Source: Anthoceros angustus (taxonomy: Eukaryota; Plantae; Anthocerotophyta). Taken from it: a stretch of DNA of 64,000 nt. The DNA lies in NCBI GenBank assembly GCA_010909165.1, contig MU008170.1:930001-994000 (forward strand), given 5' to 3'. Under the pieces are notes generated by a model, which did not search any database, was not told the DNA's origin, and saw only the letters and a program-made list of their open reading frames with translations. Both the position numbers and the translations under genes were made by a program. Shown here one piece after another: positions 36,371 to 50,999 of the stretch. The stretch's first letter is position 1. The number at the start of each line of letters is the position of its first letter.

Positions 36371-39300
36371 TGCGCCAGGCTCTTGGGCATAAACCATCCA
36401 GCTTCACATGAGTGGTAGAGGAAGACCCATTTTTTTGCTACATGTTAGATACAGTAACATACCACAGCCCCAATTTCGATGAGATAGCTAGGACATACTC
36501 GGGGCAAACCCAGTGGCTACAGGCAGTCCAGCTCGGCTATACCTGGGGCGCCTCGGTCCAGCTATACTCGGGGCGGTCCCGCCGTATACTCGGGGCGGCC
36601 CAACCTCATATGGGGCGATCCACAGCTACAGTATACTCGGGGCAGTCATATTCAACTCTAACTCTGATCACGGTCCACTTCGGCTAATGGGACGGTCACC
36701 GTCCCGGCAACAACTATACTTGGGATGGTCCCGGTAGAGAACACTCGGCAGTTAGGGATGGAGTGGGACTCACACCAAGTGTTTGATGTTTCCAATTACG
36801 GGCGTGAAGAGTGAAGGGATGGTTCTATGGCAATTTCACCTCTTTCTATGATAAGCTCGTCGGCACTCTAAAACTCCTCCTCTGTTGTGGTTAGAGTATC
36901 AAGAGCCCCACTCTTGTACAATGTCGGTTGTGACTCAAGGACAAACCGGAGGCGGGGTAATCTAGCTCAAGAGAAAGACAGAGAAGACAGCCCATTTACC
37001 CCAATGAGATATGGAGTTGGGACGTCCCTCTTTGATTTCACCAATCGATCTTTGTAGCTGGTGATCAGCAACAACACCAATAATGTTTGTTTAAATCCAC
37101 TTGAATGTCGAGGAGTCTAAGACTCAAGCATCTCCTTTGAATAAGTCATGTTTTACCTTAGGGAGGGCTTTAGTAAGGTGTCAGCATTAGATCCGTGGGA
37201 TGTATTCAAAAGATACTTAAAGCGCATCTCGGATGAAATGGTATGAATCTCGAGTGATACGTGCAGGACTCATGGCGCCGCGTTATTGTTCCGAGATTAT
37301 CGTGTATGCGTGTCGAGTGTCCTCTCCCAAGACTCACGATGCGCGAGTGGAGCGATAACTTAGAAGGTTCCACATCGATAAAAATATGGTATATGGAGCT
37401 GGGTTGGGGAGTGACCCTTTCGGCGAAGTGTTTGAGTGTCTTGGCGGAATTGCTATGGTGCGTGAAGAGTGCGGATGGGATGGTTCTAGTGGCAATTTCA
37501 CCTCTTTCTATGATAAGCTCGTCGGCACTCTAAAACTCCTACTCTTGTTGTGGTTAGAGGTAGCTGAGCTCCACTAATGTCATTACAATACGTGTTGTGA
37601 CCAATGTCAAGGGACAAACTATAGGAGGAGGTAATCTATACTCACGAAGAAGACACGAGGAAGAGCCCCCTAATGTCGTGACTTGGGACATACGGGACAG
37701 CTGTTCGATGAGATAGCTAGGACATACTCGGGGCAAACCCAGTGGCTACAGGCAGTCCAGCTCGGCTATACCTGGGGCGCCTCGGTCCAGCTATACTCGG
37801 GGCGGTCCCGCCGTATACTCGGGGCGGCCCAACCTCATATGGGGCGATCCACAGCTACAGTATACTCGGGGCAGTCATATTCAACTCTAACTCTGATCAC
37901 GGTCCACTTCGGCTAATGGGACGGTCACCGTCCCGGCAACAACTATACTTGGGATGGTCCCGGTAGAGAACACTCGGCAGTTAGGGATGGAGTGGTGACC
38001 CTTTCGGCCTTGAAGTGTTTGAGTGTCTTTGGCTGGAATTGCTAGTGCGTGGTAGTGCAGATGGGATGGTTCTAGTGGCAATTTCACCTCTTTCTATGAT
38101 AAGCTCCGCACTCTAAAACTCCTCCTCTGTTGTGGTTAGAGTATCAAGAGCCCCACTCTTGTACAATGTCGGTTGTGACTCAAGGACAAACCGGAGGCGG
38201 GGTAATCTAGCTCAAGAGAAAGACAGAGAAGACAGCCCATTTACCCCAATGAGATATGGAGTTGGGACGTCCCTCTTTGATTTCACCAATCGATCTTTGT
38301 AGCTGGTGATCAGCAACAACACCAATAATGTTTGTTTAAATCCACTTGAATGTCGAGGAGTCTAAGACTCAAGCATCTCCTTTGAATAAGTCATGTTTTA
38401 CCTTAGGGAGGGCTTTAGTAAGGTGTCAGCATTAGATCCGTGGGATGTATTCAAAAGATACTTAAAGCGCATCTCGGATGAAATGGTATGAATCTCGAGT
38501 GATACGTGCAGGACTCATGGCGCCCGATTGTTGCGTCCGAGATTATCGTGCGTGTCGGAGTGTCCTCTCCCAAGACTCCGATGCCGCGAGTGGAGCGATA
38601 ACTTAAGAAGGTTCACATAGCGTATAAAAATATGGTATATGGAGCTGGGTTGGGGAGTGACCCTTTGGCTTTGGCTTCATGGATTGAGTATTTGAACTAA
38701 GTTTTCTAGCTAGTGACCATGAAGCGACTTCATGTCATCGTAATGACTTCGTCGTACCATATGGTGATGGTATGTGAGTCATTCTTGCACCTTCACAGCT
38801 AGAGCATAAGCCTCACTGTGTGTCGATAGGAAGAGCCCCCTAATGTCGTGACTTGGGACATGGTCAACAGGACAACACTGGGACAAAGAGAAGAGATGGA
38901 AGCTAATCACCATTCCCTTCCAATTGTGAGATCTCTATTGAGGAAGGGAGAGCCAAGGGTGCCTGCTTTCTATCCACTAAAGTTGAGTATAACCACTTTG
39001 GAAGGAGTTAGAGTGGGAAAGGCAACTTTGAATGAATCCACTTACCTCAAAGTGCTCCCACTAAGCTTCTATGTGAAAGCATGTAGGCTATTGCCCTTTT
39101 TCCAATCCTTGGTTTCATGCAAGAACCAAGCACATTGAGCTAAACCACCATTATTCCATGATCACCAAGGGGATTGTAAAGTGGAATACATTAGACCGTG
39201 AGTCGTATTTCACAAAGGTCCAGACTCAAGATATGCGCCTTGGCTGAGTGTTCACTCGCCCTCTGTATCGAGTTGATATCTACCTTGTTGTCGTGACTGT

Positions 39301-40944
39301 TGATTCTTATTGCCTCTAGGGCTCTGGAGCTGCTCGCCTTCTTCTGCTCAAAATATTCATCGGCCTGGTACTCTCAAAGGATGAAGCTACACTATGAAAT
39401 CTAGGCGTGAGAGGTATCGGACATATGGGTCATGTTTTAGGAGGTCATATCTTTTTCTTTTCTTTTGTGATTTCTATGGATTGAGTATTCAAATATTTTT
39501 GCTTTCGAGGGATGGTTTGCAAGTGCTTTGAGCCTCCGGCCTTGAGTGGTGGCGTAGTTGAAGGTTCCACATACGTAAAAAATATGGTATATGGATTATA
39601 TAAAATGGTGGTTACATAGGACTTTGAGCCTCCTTTGGCTCAGGAAAGCCACTCTCTGGATGTAGGGCTGCCTCGTTTCACTGTTTTAAACTCAGACACT
39701 TGAATGTCAGAGGAGTCTAAGACTCCAAGCATCTCCTTTGAATAAGTCATGTTTTACCTTAGGGAGGGCTTTAGTAAGGTGTCAGCATTAGATCCGGGGA
39801 TGTATTCAAGACAGATCGACTTAAAGCGCATCTCGGATGAAATGGTAATGAATCTCGATGTCCTTAATGCACCGGGACTCATGGCACGATTGTTGCGTCC
39901 GAGATTGTCGGGTATGTCGGGAGTGTCCTCTCCCAAGACTCGATGCCCGAGTGGAGCGATAACTTAAGAAGGTTCCACATACGTAAAAAATATGGTATAT
40001 GGATTATATAAAATGGTGGTTACATAGGACTTTGAGCCTCCTTTGGCTTTGGCTTCTATGGATTGAGTATTTGAACTAAGTTTTCTAGCTATGAAGCTTC
40101 ATGTCACCATGAGCGGCTTCATGTCATTTGCGTCAGCGTGACTGCACCATGTCATCGTAATGATATGTGATGGCATGTGAGTCATTCTTGCACCTTCACC
40201 AGCTCATACCTCGCGTGGGCATGACACCGCCTCGCAGTGGTCGCACCTTCCACGTCGGATCCGGGCCGTCCAATGCTCACTTGGGCACCAGCCAACCGGC
40301 ACACACACTTCAGCCCCGACAACCTCACCGATGAAAACACGAGGCACGCATGGAAGCTAACCCCTCACCATCCCTTCACAATTGTCGAAACCGGATCCTC
40401 TATATGAGAGGCGCCCACGAGCCAAGAAGGACGCTTGCGCTTTCATCCACTAAAGTTGAGTATAAGGCCCGCATGGAAGGAGTTAGAGTGGGAAAGGCAA
40501 CTTTTGGAATGAATCCACTTACCTCAAAGTGCTCCCACTAAGCTTCTATGTGAAAGCATGTAGGCTATTGCCCTTTTTCCAATCCTTGGTTTCATGCAAG
40601 AACCAAGCACATTGAGCTAAACCACCATTATATCCATGGCGTGTTGAAAGGGGCATTGTGAAAGTGGAATACATTAGTCTTGATGAGAATCTGACTAATA
40701 TTTTTACAAAGGGCTGCCAAAGCCAAAGCATTTCCAATAAGTCATGTTTTACCTTAGGGAGGGCTTTAGTAAGTCGGTGCATTAGATCCGGGGATGTATT
40801 CAAGACAGATCGACTTAAAGAAACTTGATCGGTGGTAATGAATCTCGATGTCCTTATACGTGCACCGGGACTCATGGCGCCCGATTGTTGCGTCCGAGAT
40901 TATCGTGCGTGTCGGAGTGTCCTCTCCCAAGACTCGATGCTGGG

Positions 40945-43172
40945 GTTTTCTTGAAGGTTTGTTTTTGGATTTTTGAGGGCTTTTGGTTCTCTTGTTTCTT
41001 CTTTTGGATTTTTGAGGGCTTTTGGTTTGTTTCTAGTAGTTGAAGGTTTGTTTTCCTTTGTTATTTTTGTTATTTTTGTGAGGTTATTTTTGTTATTTTG
41101 GGTTGGATTTTTGAGGGTTTTTGGTTTGTTTTGTTTCTAGCTTTAGGTTCAATCTCTTTTCGGATTTTTGAGGGTTTTTTTTTGTGTGAGGTTATTTTGG
41201 GAGGTTATTTCCTCTTTTGGTTTGTGAGGGCTTTTGGTTCTCTTGTTTCTAGCTTTTTTTGGGAGGTTATTTTTGTTATTGTTTTCTTTTGTTGTTTTTT
41301 TTGGATTTTGTGAGCTTTTGGTTCTCTTTGTTTCTAGCTTTAGGTTAATCTCTTTTGATTTTGTGAGGGCTTTTGGTTCTCTTGTTTCTAGCGAAGGTTA
41401 TCTTTTTCTTTTCTTTTGTGATTTCTTGGTTGGGTTGTAGGTGAAGGTTCTAGTCATTTTCGCTTTCTTTTGTGAGGGATTTTGGTTTGTTTTGTTTCTA
41501 GCTTCGTTCTTTGGGACGTTTTCCTCTTTTGTTTTGTTTTCCTTTGTTATTTTGGGTTGGGTTGTAGTTGAAGGTTCGGTCTCTTTTCGGATAATTTTGA
41601 GGGTTTTTGGTTGTTTTGTCTCTAGTTTCTTATTTTGGGAGGTTATCAATGCTATTTTCCAATTTTTGGGTTGGGTTGTAGCTTTAGGTTCCAATCTCTT
41701 TTCGGATTTTGTGAGGGCTTTTGGTTCTCTTGTTTCTTCTTTAGGTTCCAATCTCGGTTTTTTTGAGGGCTTTTGGTTCTCTTGTTTCTAGATTCTTTAG
41801 GTCCAATCTCTTTCTTTTGTGAGGGCTTTTGGTTCTCTTGTTTCTAGCTTTTTTTGGGAGGTTATTTCCTCTTTTGTTTATCTTTTCCTTTGTTATTTTG
41901 GGTTGGGTTGTGAAGGTTGAGTCTCTTTTGATTTTGTGAGGGCTTTTGGTTGTTTTGTCTTTAGCTTCTTATTTTGGGAGGTTATCATTTTTTATTTTGG
42001 GTTGGGTTGTAGCTAAAGGTTCCAATCTCTTTTCGGATGTTTGTGAGCTTTTGGTTCTCTTGTTTCTAGCTTTTTTTGTGTGAGGTTATTTTTTATTGTT
42101 TTCCTTTTGGGTTGGATTGTAGTTGAAGGTCCAATCTCTCGATTTTGTGAGGGCTTTTGGTTCTCTTGTATCTAGCTTCTTTAGGTTCCAATCTCTTTTC
42201 GGATTTTGTGAGGGCTTTTGGTTCTCTTGTTTCTAGCTTTAAGTTCCAATCTCTTTTCGGATTTTGTGAGGGCTTTTGGTTCTCTTGTTTCTTCTTTAGG
42301 TTCCAATCTCGGTTTTTTGAGGGCTTTTGGTTCTCTTGTTTCTAGATTCTTTAGGTCCAATCTCTTTCTTTTGTGAGGGCTTTTGGTTCTCTTGTTTCTA
42401 GCTTTTTTTGGGAGGTTATTTCCTCTTTTGTTTATCTTTTCCTTTGTTATTTTGGGTTGGGTTGTGAAGGTTGAGTCTCTTTTGATTTTGTGAGGGCTTT
42501 TGGTTGTTTTGTCTTTAGCTTCTTATTTTGGGAGGTTATCATTTTTATTTTGGGTTGGGTTGTAGCTAAAGGTTCCAATCTCTTTTCGGATGTTTGTGAG
42601 GTTTTTGGTTCTCTTGTTTCTAGCTTTTTTGTGTGAGGTTATTTTTATTGTTTTCCTTTTGGGTTGGATTGTAGTTGAAGGTCCAATCTCTCGATTTTGT
42701 GAGGGCTTTTGGTTCTCTTGTATCTAGCTTCTTTAGGTTCCAATCTCTTTTCGGATTTTGTGAGGGCTTTTGGTTCTCTTGTTTCTAGCTTTAAGTTCCA
42801 ATCTCTTTTCGGATTTTGTGAGGGCTTTTGGTTCTCTTGTTTCTAGCTTCTTTAGGTTCCAATCTCTTTTCGGATTTTGTGAGGCTTTTGGTTCTCTTGT
42901 TTCTAGCTTCTTATTTTGGGAGGTTATCATTGTTATTTTTATTTTTGGTTGGGTTGTAGGGGTTCCAATCGGTCTTTAGATTTTGTGAGGTTTTTGATTG
43001 TTTTGTTTCTAGCTTCTTTGGGAGGTTATTTTTGTTATTGTTTTCCTTTTGGGTTGGATTGTAGTTGAAGGTTCCAATCTCTTTTGGATTTTTGAGGGCC
43101 TTGTTTTTGGTTCTGTGTCTTTTTTTGGGAGGTTATTTATTTTTTGCTTTCTTTTGTGATCTTTTGGTTGTT
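40945..43172. repeat. T/G-rich satellite block
   Basis: Same ~60-bp core and variants. Confidence 0.92.
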
Positions 43173-43819
43173 AGTGGATATCTTCCATTGCTTATGATCA
43201 TGAGATATCTACGTGTGGTCCTCGTCTAATCAAAGCAATGGGAGTAGGCAGAGACTTGGCCTCGAGCTTTGCAACTCTCGAGTTTCAGGACCGCCTCGGG
43301 GCGTCTCAACAAGTGCAAGAGCACTTGTTTTGTCCCATGTTGGATTACATTCCACACATCTTTTCGAGCAAGCTTTCCCCATAAAAACAAGGAGATCCCT
43401 ACATGTATATAGCGCCCAAGTCATATGGGGTCCCCAAAGCCGACCTCCCACCACATGAGGCTCAACGTGCACCACCTCACTTTTGCTCGGCAATAACCAC
43501 GAGCTTCCCTCCATAAGATAGGGCTCAACTAAAGTTGGGGCCCCAAGCAAGCTCACCACGTGCCCCACCACCCCTCGGCGCAAACTTTTGCTCCGCTTTC
43601 TTTTGGGTTGTAGAAACCCTTCTAAATAGCACGCCTTAAGTCGGGGCCGCCAACCTCATATTCTGGTGCCCCACCACCCCGAGCAACCTTGATCGGCCAT
43701 AAATCCCACCTCCACGCCACCTTAAGTCAAGGCCCCTCGAAAATGCCAACCTCATATTCTGGTGCCCCAACACCCCGGCGCTCTTCTCCTTTGCTTTCCT
43801 TTTGGTTTATAACTTCCCT

Positions 43820-44225
43820 CAAGAAGGAGTGTCGCCTCAAAGCGATGTGGAATGTAATCCAACATGGGTATGCTCACACCGAATGGCAATTTCAGCCAAA
43901 GTCGAAGAAATTTGGTGGAGACTTCATTTACTTGCGTGTCAAGCAGGAGATACCTTGACACCGCTAGCACCACAAAGTGAAGGAGGTTAGACCTAATGGG
44001 GTACTCTTGCTACTGGATGACGACGATCGACAACATGAAGAATTGTGCGGTCTATCACCTCCCAAACTGGACCCAACTATTGTTACGATTGGGTCCCTCC
44101 GCTTGATTACCCATGCCAAGTATGTAGGCCTCCATGATGATGATGCCGTTTGTGATCCTGATGGTGGTTACCATGTGTTTTGCCTAAATCCACCACTAGA
44201 GGTCCGGATCACTATTGTACAAGAA
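43820..44225 (+). pseudogene. Integrase C-terminus/PHD remnant (array copy 4)
   Basis: KEVRPNGVLLL..DGGYHVFCLNPPL. Confidence 0.78.
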
Positions 44226-47200
44226 AACCAGCTCGGCATAAACCATCGAGGCTTCAGCGGGGTGGAGAGGCAGAGGACTCATTTTTTGCTACATGTTAGA
44301 TGATAGTTGGGACATACAGCCCAATGTTCGATGAGATAGCTAGGACATACTCGGACGCCCCAACACTCGATCAGCTCCTATACTGGACGCCTCATCATAT
44401 CTCAGTCCCATGGCAACAAGTATCGGCCCAACCTCGCCATACTTGGGCTCTGCCAGGTATACTGATCATAGTCCCAACTCTAGCTGATCATCCCCTCACG
44501 CTTTAGTTTGGCGCGTCAGACAACAACTATACTTGGATGGTCCCAGAGAGAACACTGGACAACGGCGTTAGGGATGGAGTGAGTGACCCTTCGGCCGAAG
44601 TGTTTGAGTGTCTTGGCCGGAATTGCTATGGTGCGTGAAGAGTGCAGATGGGATGGTTCTAGTGGCAATTTCACCTCTTTCTATGATAAGCTCGTCGGCA
44701 CTCTAAAACTCCTACTCTTGTTGTGGTTAGAGGCGAAGAGCTCCCACTAATTGTCGTTGCGTGTTGTGACCAATGTCAAGGGACAAACTATAGGAGGAAG
44801 CGGGGTAATCTATGCTCAAGAGAAAGACAGAGGAAGAGCCAAAGCACGACTTCCACCCCAACTACGTAGAGATACTAAGGAGAAGAAGTTGGGAGAAGGT
44901 CCTTGTTCTTTGATGACACCAACTCAAGATCGACACCTTGTAGCATCAGAAATGATCACCGCTAACAACACACAATAGTCGCCTGTTTTAAACTAAGCGG
45001 ACACTTGAATCTTGTAGGAGTCTAAGACTCAAGCATCTCCTTTGAATAAGTCATGTTTTACCTTAGGGAGGGCTTTAGTAAGCGGGTCATTAGATCCCGT
45101 GGGGATGTATTCAAGACAGATCGACTTAAAGCGCATCTCGGATGAAATGGTAATGAATCTCGATGTCCTTACGTGCACGGGACTCATGGCGCGCGATTGT
45201 TGCGTCCGAGATTGTCGGTACGTGTCGGGAGTGTCCTCTCCCAAGACTCGATGCCATGAGTGGAGCGATAACTTAAGAAGGTTCCACATAACGTATAAAA
45301 ATATGGTATATGGATTATATAAAATCGATTGGTTACATAGGACTTTGAGCCTCCTTTGGCTTTGGCTTCTATGGATTGAGTATTTGAACTAAGTTTTCTA
45401 GCTAGTGACCATGAAGCGACTTCATGTCATCGTAATGACTTCATCGTCAGCATATGGTGATGGCATGAGTCATTCTTGCACCTTCACGAGCTCATACCTC
45501 CCGGGCATGACACCGCCTGGCACTGTGTCGCACCTTCCACGTCATATCGGCCCAATGCTCCTGACTTGGGCACCACGCACCAACAGCGCACTCCCACTCA
45601 CAAATGACAACCTCACCGATGAAAACAGACATGGAAGCTAACCCCTCACCATCCCTCCCTTCACAATTGTCCTGCAAACCGGATCCTCTATGAGAGGCGC
45701 CTCACGAACCGAGCCAAGAAGCGAGGTCGCTTGCGCTTTCATCCACTAAAGTTGAGTATAAGGCCACAGCGCATGGAAGGAGTTAGAGTGGGAAAGGCAA
45801 CTTTTGGAATGAATCCACTTACCTCAAAGTGCTCCCACTAAGCTTCTATGTGAAAGCATGTAGGCTATTGCCCTTTTTCCAATCCTTGGTTTCATGCAAG
45901 AACCAAGCACATTGAGCTAAACCACCATTATATCCATGGCGTCGAAAGGGGCATTGTGAAAGTGGAATACATTAGTCTTGATGAGAATCACTAATATTTT
46001 TTACAAAGGACGCCAAAGCCAAAGCATTTCAAGCATATGGCTGCCCTTGGGCTCGAGTGTTCACTCGCCCTGTATCGAGTTGATATCTACCTTGTTGTCG
46101 GTAGCGGGCCTGATTCTTATTGCCTCTAGGGCTCGGAGCTGCTCGCCTTCTTCACGCTCAAAATGACGTATTCATCAGCATCGGTACTCTCAAAGGATGA
46201 AGCTAGGATGAAATGGTAATGAATCTCGATGTCCTGCGTACCCGGGACTCATGGCGCGCGATTGTTGCGTCCGAGATTGTATGCGTGTCGGGTCCTCTCC
46301 CAAGACTCGATGCCGCGAGTGGAGCGATAACAGAAGGTTCCACATAACGTATAAAAATATGGTATATGGATTATATAAAATCGATTGGTTACATAAAGGA
46401 CTTTGAGCCTCCTTTTGGCTTTTGGCTTCTATGGATTGAGTATTTGAACTAAGTTTTCTAGTGACCATGAAGCGGCTTCATGTCATCGTAATGATGGCTT
46501 TTGGCTTCTATGGATTGAGTATTTGAACTAAGTTTTCTAGCTAGTGACCATGAAGCGACTTCATGTCATCGTAATGACTTGTTCGTACCATATGGTGATG
46601 GCATGAGTCATTCTTGCACCTTCACGAGCTCATACCCGAGCATGACACCGCCACAGCAGTGTGTCACCTTCACGTCGGTATCTGACGTCCATCTTGCTGC
46701 ACTTGGGCACCACCAGCGCTGCAACACGGCACACTCAGGCACCAGTGACAACCTCACCGATGAAAACACGAGGCAGGAAGCTAACCTCACCATCCCTCCC
46801 TTCACAATTGTCCCGAAACCGGATCCTCTATGAGAGGCGCCTCACGAACCGAGCCAAGAAGCGAGGTCGCTTTCATCCACTAAAGTTGAGTATAAGGCCA
46901 CAGGCGCATGGAAGGAGTTAGAGTGGGAAAGGCAACTTTTGGAATGAATCCACTTACCTCAAAGTGCTCCCACTAAGCTTCTATGTGAAAGCATGTAGGC
47001 TATTGCCCTTTTTTCCAATCCTTGGTTTCATGCAAGAACCAAGCACATTGAGCTAAACCACCATTATATCCATGGCGTCGTGAAAGGGGCATTGTGAAAG
47101 TGGAATACATTAGTCTTGATGAGAATCACTAATATTTTTTACAAAGGGGCACCAAAGCATTTCAAGCATATGGCTGCCCTTGGGCTCGAGTGTTCACTCG

Positions 47201-47394
47201 CCCTGTATCGAGTTGATATCTACCTTGTTGTCGTGGCCCCTGATTCTTATTGCCTCTAGGGCTCTGGAGCTGCTCGCCTTCTTCTGCTCAAAATGACGTA
47301 TTCATCAGCATCGGTACTCTCAAAGGATGAAGCTACACTATGAAATCTAGGCGTGAGAGGTATCGGACATATGGGTCATGTTTTAGGAGGTCAT

Positions 47395-50340
47395 ATCTTT
47401 TTTTTCTTTTGTGATTTCTTGGTTGGGTTGTAGGTTCTAGTCATTTTTTTTAGCTTCTTTTGTGAGGATTTTTGGTTGTTTTGTTTCTAACCGTTCTTTG
47501 GGACGTTTTTCCTCTTTTGTTTTGTTTTCCTTTGTTATTTTGGGTTGGGTTGTAGTTGAAGGTTCCGGTCTCTTTTGGATAATTTTGAGGTTTTTGGTTG
47601 TTTTGTCTCTAGTTTCTTATTTTGGGAGGTTATCAATGCTATTTTCCAATTTTGGGTTGGGTTGTAGCTTTAGGTTTCTCTTTTGATTTTGTGAGGGCTT
47701 TTGGTTCTCTTTTCTAGCTTCTTTAGGTTCCAATCTCTTTTCGTGAGGGCTTTTGGTTCTCTTGTTTTGTTTCTTTTTTTTCTTTTGTGAGGGCTTTTGG
47801 TTCTCTTGTTTCTAACCGTTTTGGGAGGTTATTTCCTCTTTTGTTTATCTTTTCCTTTGTTATTTTGGGTTGGGTTGTAGGTGAAGGTTCGAGTCTCTTT
47901 TGATTTTGTGAGGGCTTTTGGTTGTTTTGTCTTTAGCTTCTTATTTTGGGAGGTTATCATTGTTATTTTTTATTTTGGGTTGGGTTGTAGCTAAAGGTTC
48001 CAATCTCTTTTCGGATGTTTGTGGGGGCTTTTGGTTCTCTTGTTTCTTGCTTTTTTTTGTGAGGTTATTTTTGTTATTGTTTTTTGGGTTGGATTGTAGT
48101 TTAGGGTCCAATCTCTTTTCGGATTTTGTGAGGGCTTTTGGTTCTCTTGTATCTAGCTTCTTTAGGTTCCAATCTCTTTTGGATTTTGTGAGGGCTTTTG
48201 GTTCTCTTGTTTCTAGCTTTAAGTTCCAATCTCTTTTCGGATTTTGTGAGGGCTTTTGGTTCTCTTGTTTCTAGCTTCTTTAGGTTCCAATCTCTTTTCG
48301 GATTTTTGAGGGCTTTTGGTTCTCTTGTTTCTAGATTCTTTAGGTTCCAATCTCTTATTTTTGTGAGGCTTTTGGTTCTCTTGTTTCTAGCCGTTTTGGG
48401 AGGTTATTTCCTCTTTTGTTTATCTTTTCCTTTGTTATTTTGGGTTGGGTTGTAGCTAAAGGTTCCAATCTCTTTTGATTTTGTGAGGGCTTTTGGTTGT
48501 TTTGTCTTTAGCTTCTTATTTTGGGAGGTTATCATTGTTATTTTTTATTTTGGGTTGGGTTGTAGCTAAAGGTTCCAATCTCTTTTCGGATGTTTGTGGG
48601 GGCTTTTGGTTCTCTTGTTTCTTGCTTTTTTTTGTGAGGTTATTTTTGTTATTGTTTTTGGGTTGGATTGTAGTTGAAGGGTCCAATCTCTTTTCGGATT
48701 TTGTGAGGGCTTTTGGTTCTCTTGTATCTAGCTTCTTTAGGTTCCAATCTCTTTTGGATTTTGTGAGGGCTTTTGGTTCTCTTGTTTCTAGCTTTAAGTT
48801 CCAATCTCTTTTCGGATTTTGTGAGGGCTTTTGGTTCTCTTGTTTCTAGCTTCTTTAGGTTCCAATCTCTTCGGATTTTGTGAGGGCTTTTGGTTCTCTT
48901 GTTTCTAGCTTCTTATTTTGGGAGGTTATCATTGTTATTTTTTATTTTTGTAGTGAAGGTTCCAATCGGTCTTTAGATTTTGTGAGGTTTTTGATTGTTT
49001 TGTTTCTAGCTTCTTTTGGGAGGTTATTTTTGTTATTGTTTTCCTTTTGGGTTGGATTGTAGCTGAAGGTTCAGTCACTTTTGGATTTTTGAGGGCCTTG
49101 ACCGTTTTGTTTTGTTTCTAGCCGTTCTTTTGGGACGTTTTTCCTCTTTTGTTTTGTTTTCCTTTGTTATTTTGGGTTGGGTTGTAGTTGAAGGTTCGGT
49201 CTCTTTTCGGATAATTTTGAGGTTTTTGGTTGTTTTGTCTCTAGTTTCTTATTTTGGGAGGTTATCAATGCTATTTTCCAATTTTGGGTTGGGTTGTAGC
49301 TTTAGGTTCCAATCTCTTTTGATTTTGTGAGGGCTTTTGGTTCTCTTGTTTCTAGCTTCTTTAGGTTCCAATCTCTTTTGGTTCGTGAGGGCTTTTGGTT
49401 CTCTTGTTTCTAGATTCTTTAGGTTCCAATCTCTTATCGGATTTTTGAGGGCTTTTGGTTCTCTTGTTTCTAGCCGTTTTGGGAGGTTATTTCCTCTTTT
49501 GTTTATCTTTTCCTTTGTTATTTTGGGTTGGGTTGTAGCTGAAGGTTCGAGTCTCTTTTGATTTTGTGAGGGCTTTTGGTTGTTTTGTCTTTAGCTTCTT
49601 ATTTTGGGAGGTTATCATTGTTATTTTTTATTTTGGGTTGGGTTGTAGCTAAAGGTTCCAATCTCTTTTCGGATGTTTGTGGGGGCTTTTGGTTCTCTTG
49701 TTTCTAGCTTTTTGTGAGGTTATTTTTGTTATTGTTTTCCTTTTGGGTTGGATTGTAGTTGAAGGGTCCAATCTCTTTTGATTTTGTGAGGGCTTTTGGT
49801 TCTCTTGTATCTAGCTTCTTTAGGTTCCAATCTCTTTTGGATTTTGTGAGGGCTTTTGGTTCTCTTGTTTCTAGCTTTAAGTTCCAATCTTTTGGATTTT
49901 GTGAGGGCTTTTGGTTCTCTTGTTTCTAGCTTCTTTAGGTTCCAATCTCTTTTGGATTTTTGAGGGCTTTTGGTTCTCTTGTTTCTAGCTTCTTATTTTT
50001 GGAGGTTATCATTGTTATTTTATTTTTGTGATCTTTTGGATTTTTGTGAGGTTTTTGGTTCTCTTGTTTCTAGCTTCTTATTTTGGGTTATCATTGTTAT
50101 TTTTGTGAGGTTTTTGGTTGTTTTGTTTTCCAATCGGTCTTTAGATTTTGTGAGGTTTTTGATTGTTTTGTTTCTAGCTTCTTTTGGGAGGTTATTTTTG
50201 TTATTGTTTTCCTTTTGGGTTGGATTGTAGTGAAGGTTCGGTCTCTTTTGGATTTTTGAGGGCCTTGACCGTTTTGGTTCTAGTGTCTCTTTTGGGAGGT
50301 TATTTATTTTGCTTTTCTTTTGTGATCTTTTGGTTGTTAG
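47395..50340. repeat. T/G-rich satellite block
   Basis: Same core; near-identical segments 575 bp apart (47918/48493). Confidence 0.92.
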
Positions 50341-50999
50341 TGGATATCTTCCATTGCTTATGATCATGAGATATCTACGTGTGGTCCTCGTCTAATCAAA
50401 GCAATGGGAGTAGGCAGAGACTTGGCCTCGAGAGCTTTGCAACTCGAGTTTCGGACCGCCTCGGGGCGTCTCTCAACAAGTGCAAGAGCACTTGTTTTTG
50501 GTCCCATGTTGGATTACATTCCCACATCTTTTCGAGCAAGCTTTCCCCATAAAAACAAGGAGATCCCTACATGTATAGCGCCCAAGTCATATGGGGTCCC
50601 CAAAGCGACCTCCCACCACATGAGGCTCAGCGTGCACCACCTCACTTTTGCTCCGAATAACCACAGAGCTTCCCTCCATAAAGATAGGGCTCAACTAAAG
50701 TTGGGGCCCCGAAATGCCAAGCTCGCAGCCACAGTGCCCCACCACCTCGGCGCAAACTTTTGCTCCGCTTTCTTTTGGGTTTGTAGAAACCCTTCTAAAT
50801 AACCTTAAGTGGGGCCCCTTAGACCGCCAACCTTGACCCACAGTGCCCCACCACCTCCACTTCCGAGTAACCATAAATCCCACCTCCACATGTATAGCCA
50901 CCTTAAGTCAAGGCCCCTCACGCCAACCTCATATTCACGGTGCCCCAACACCCCGGTCGCTCTTCTCCTTTGCTTTCCTTTTGGTTTATAACTTCCCTC

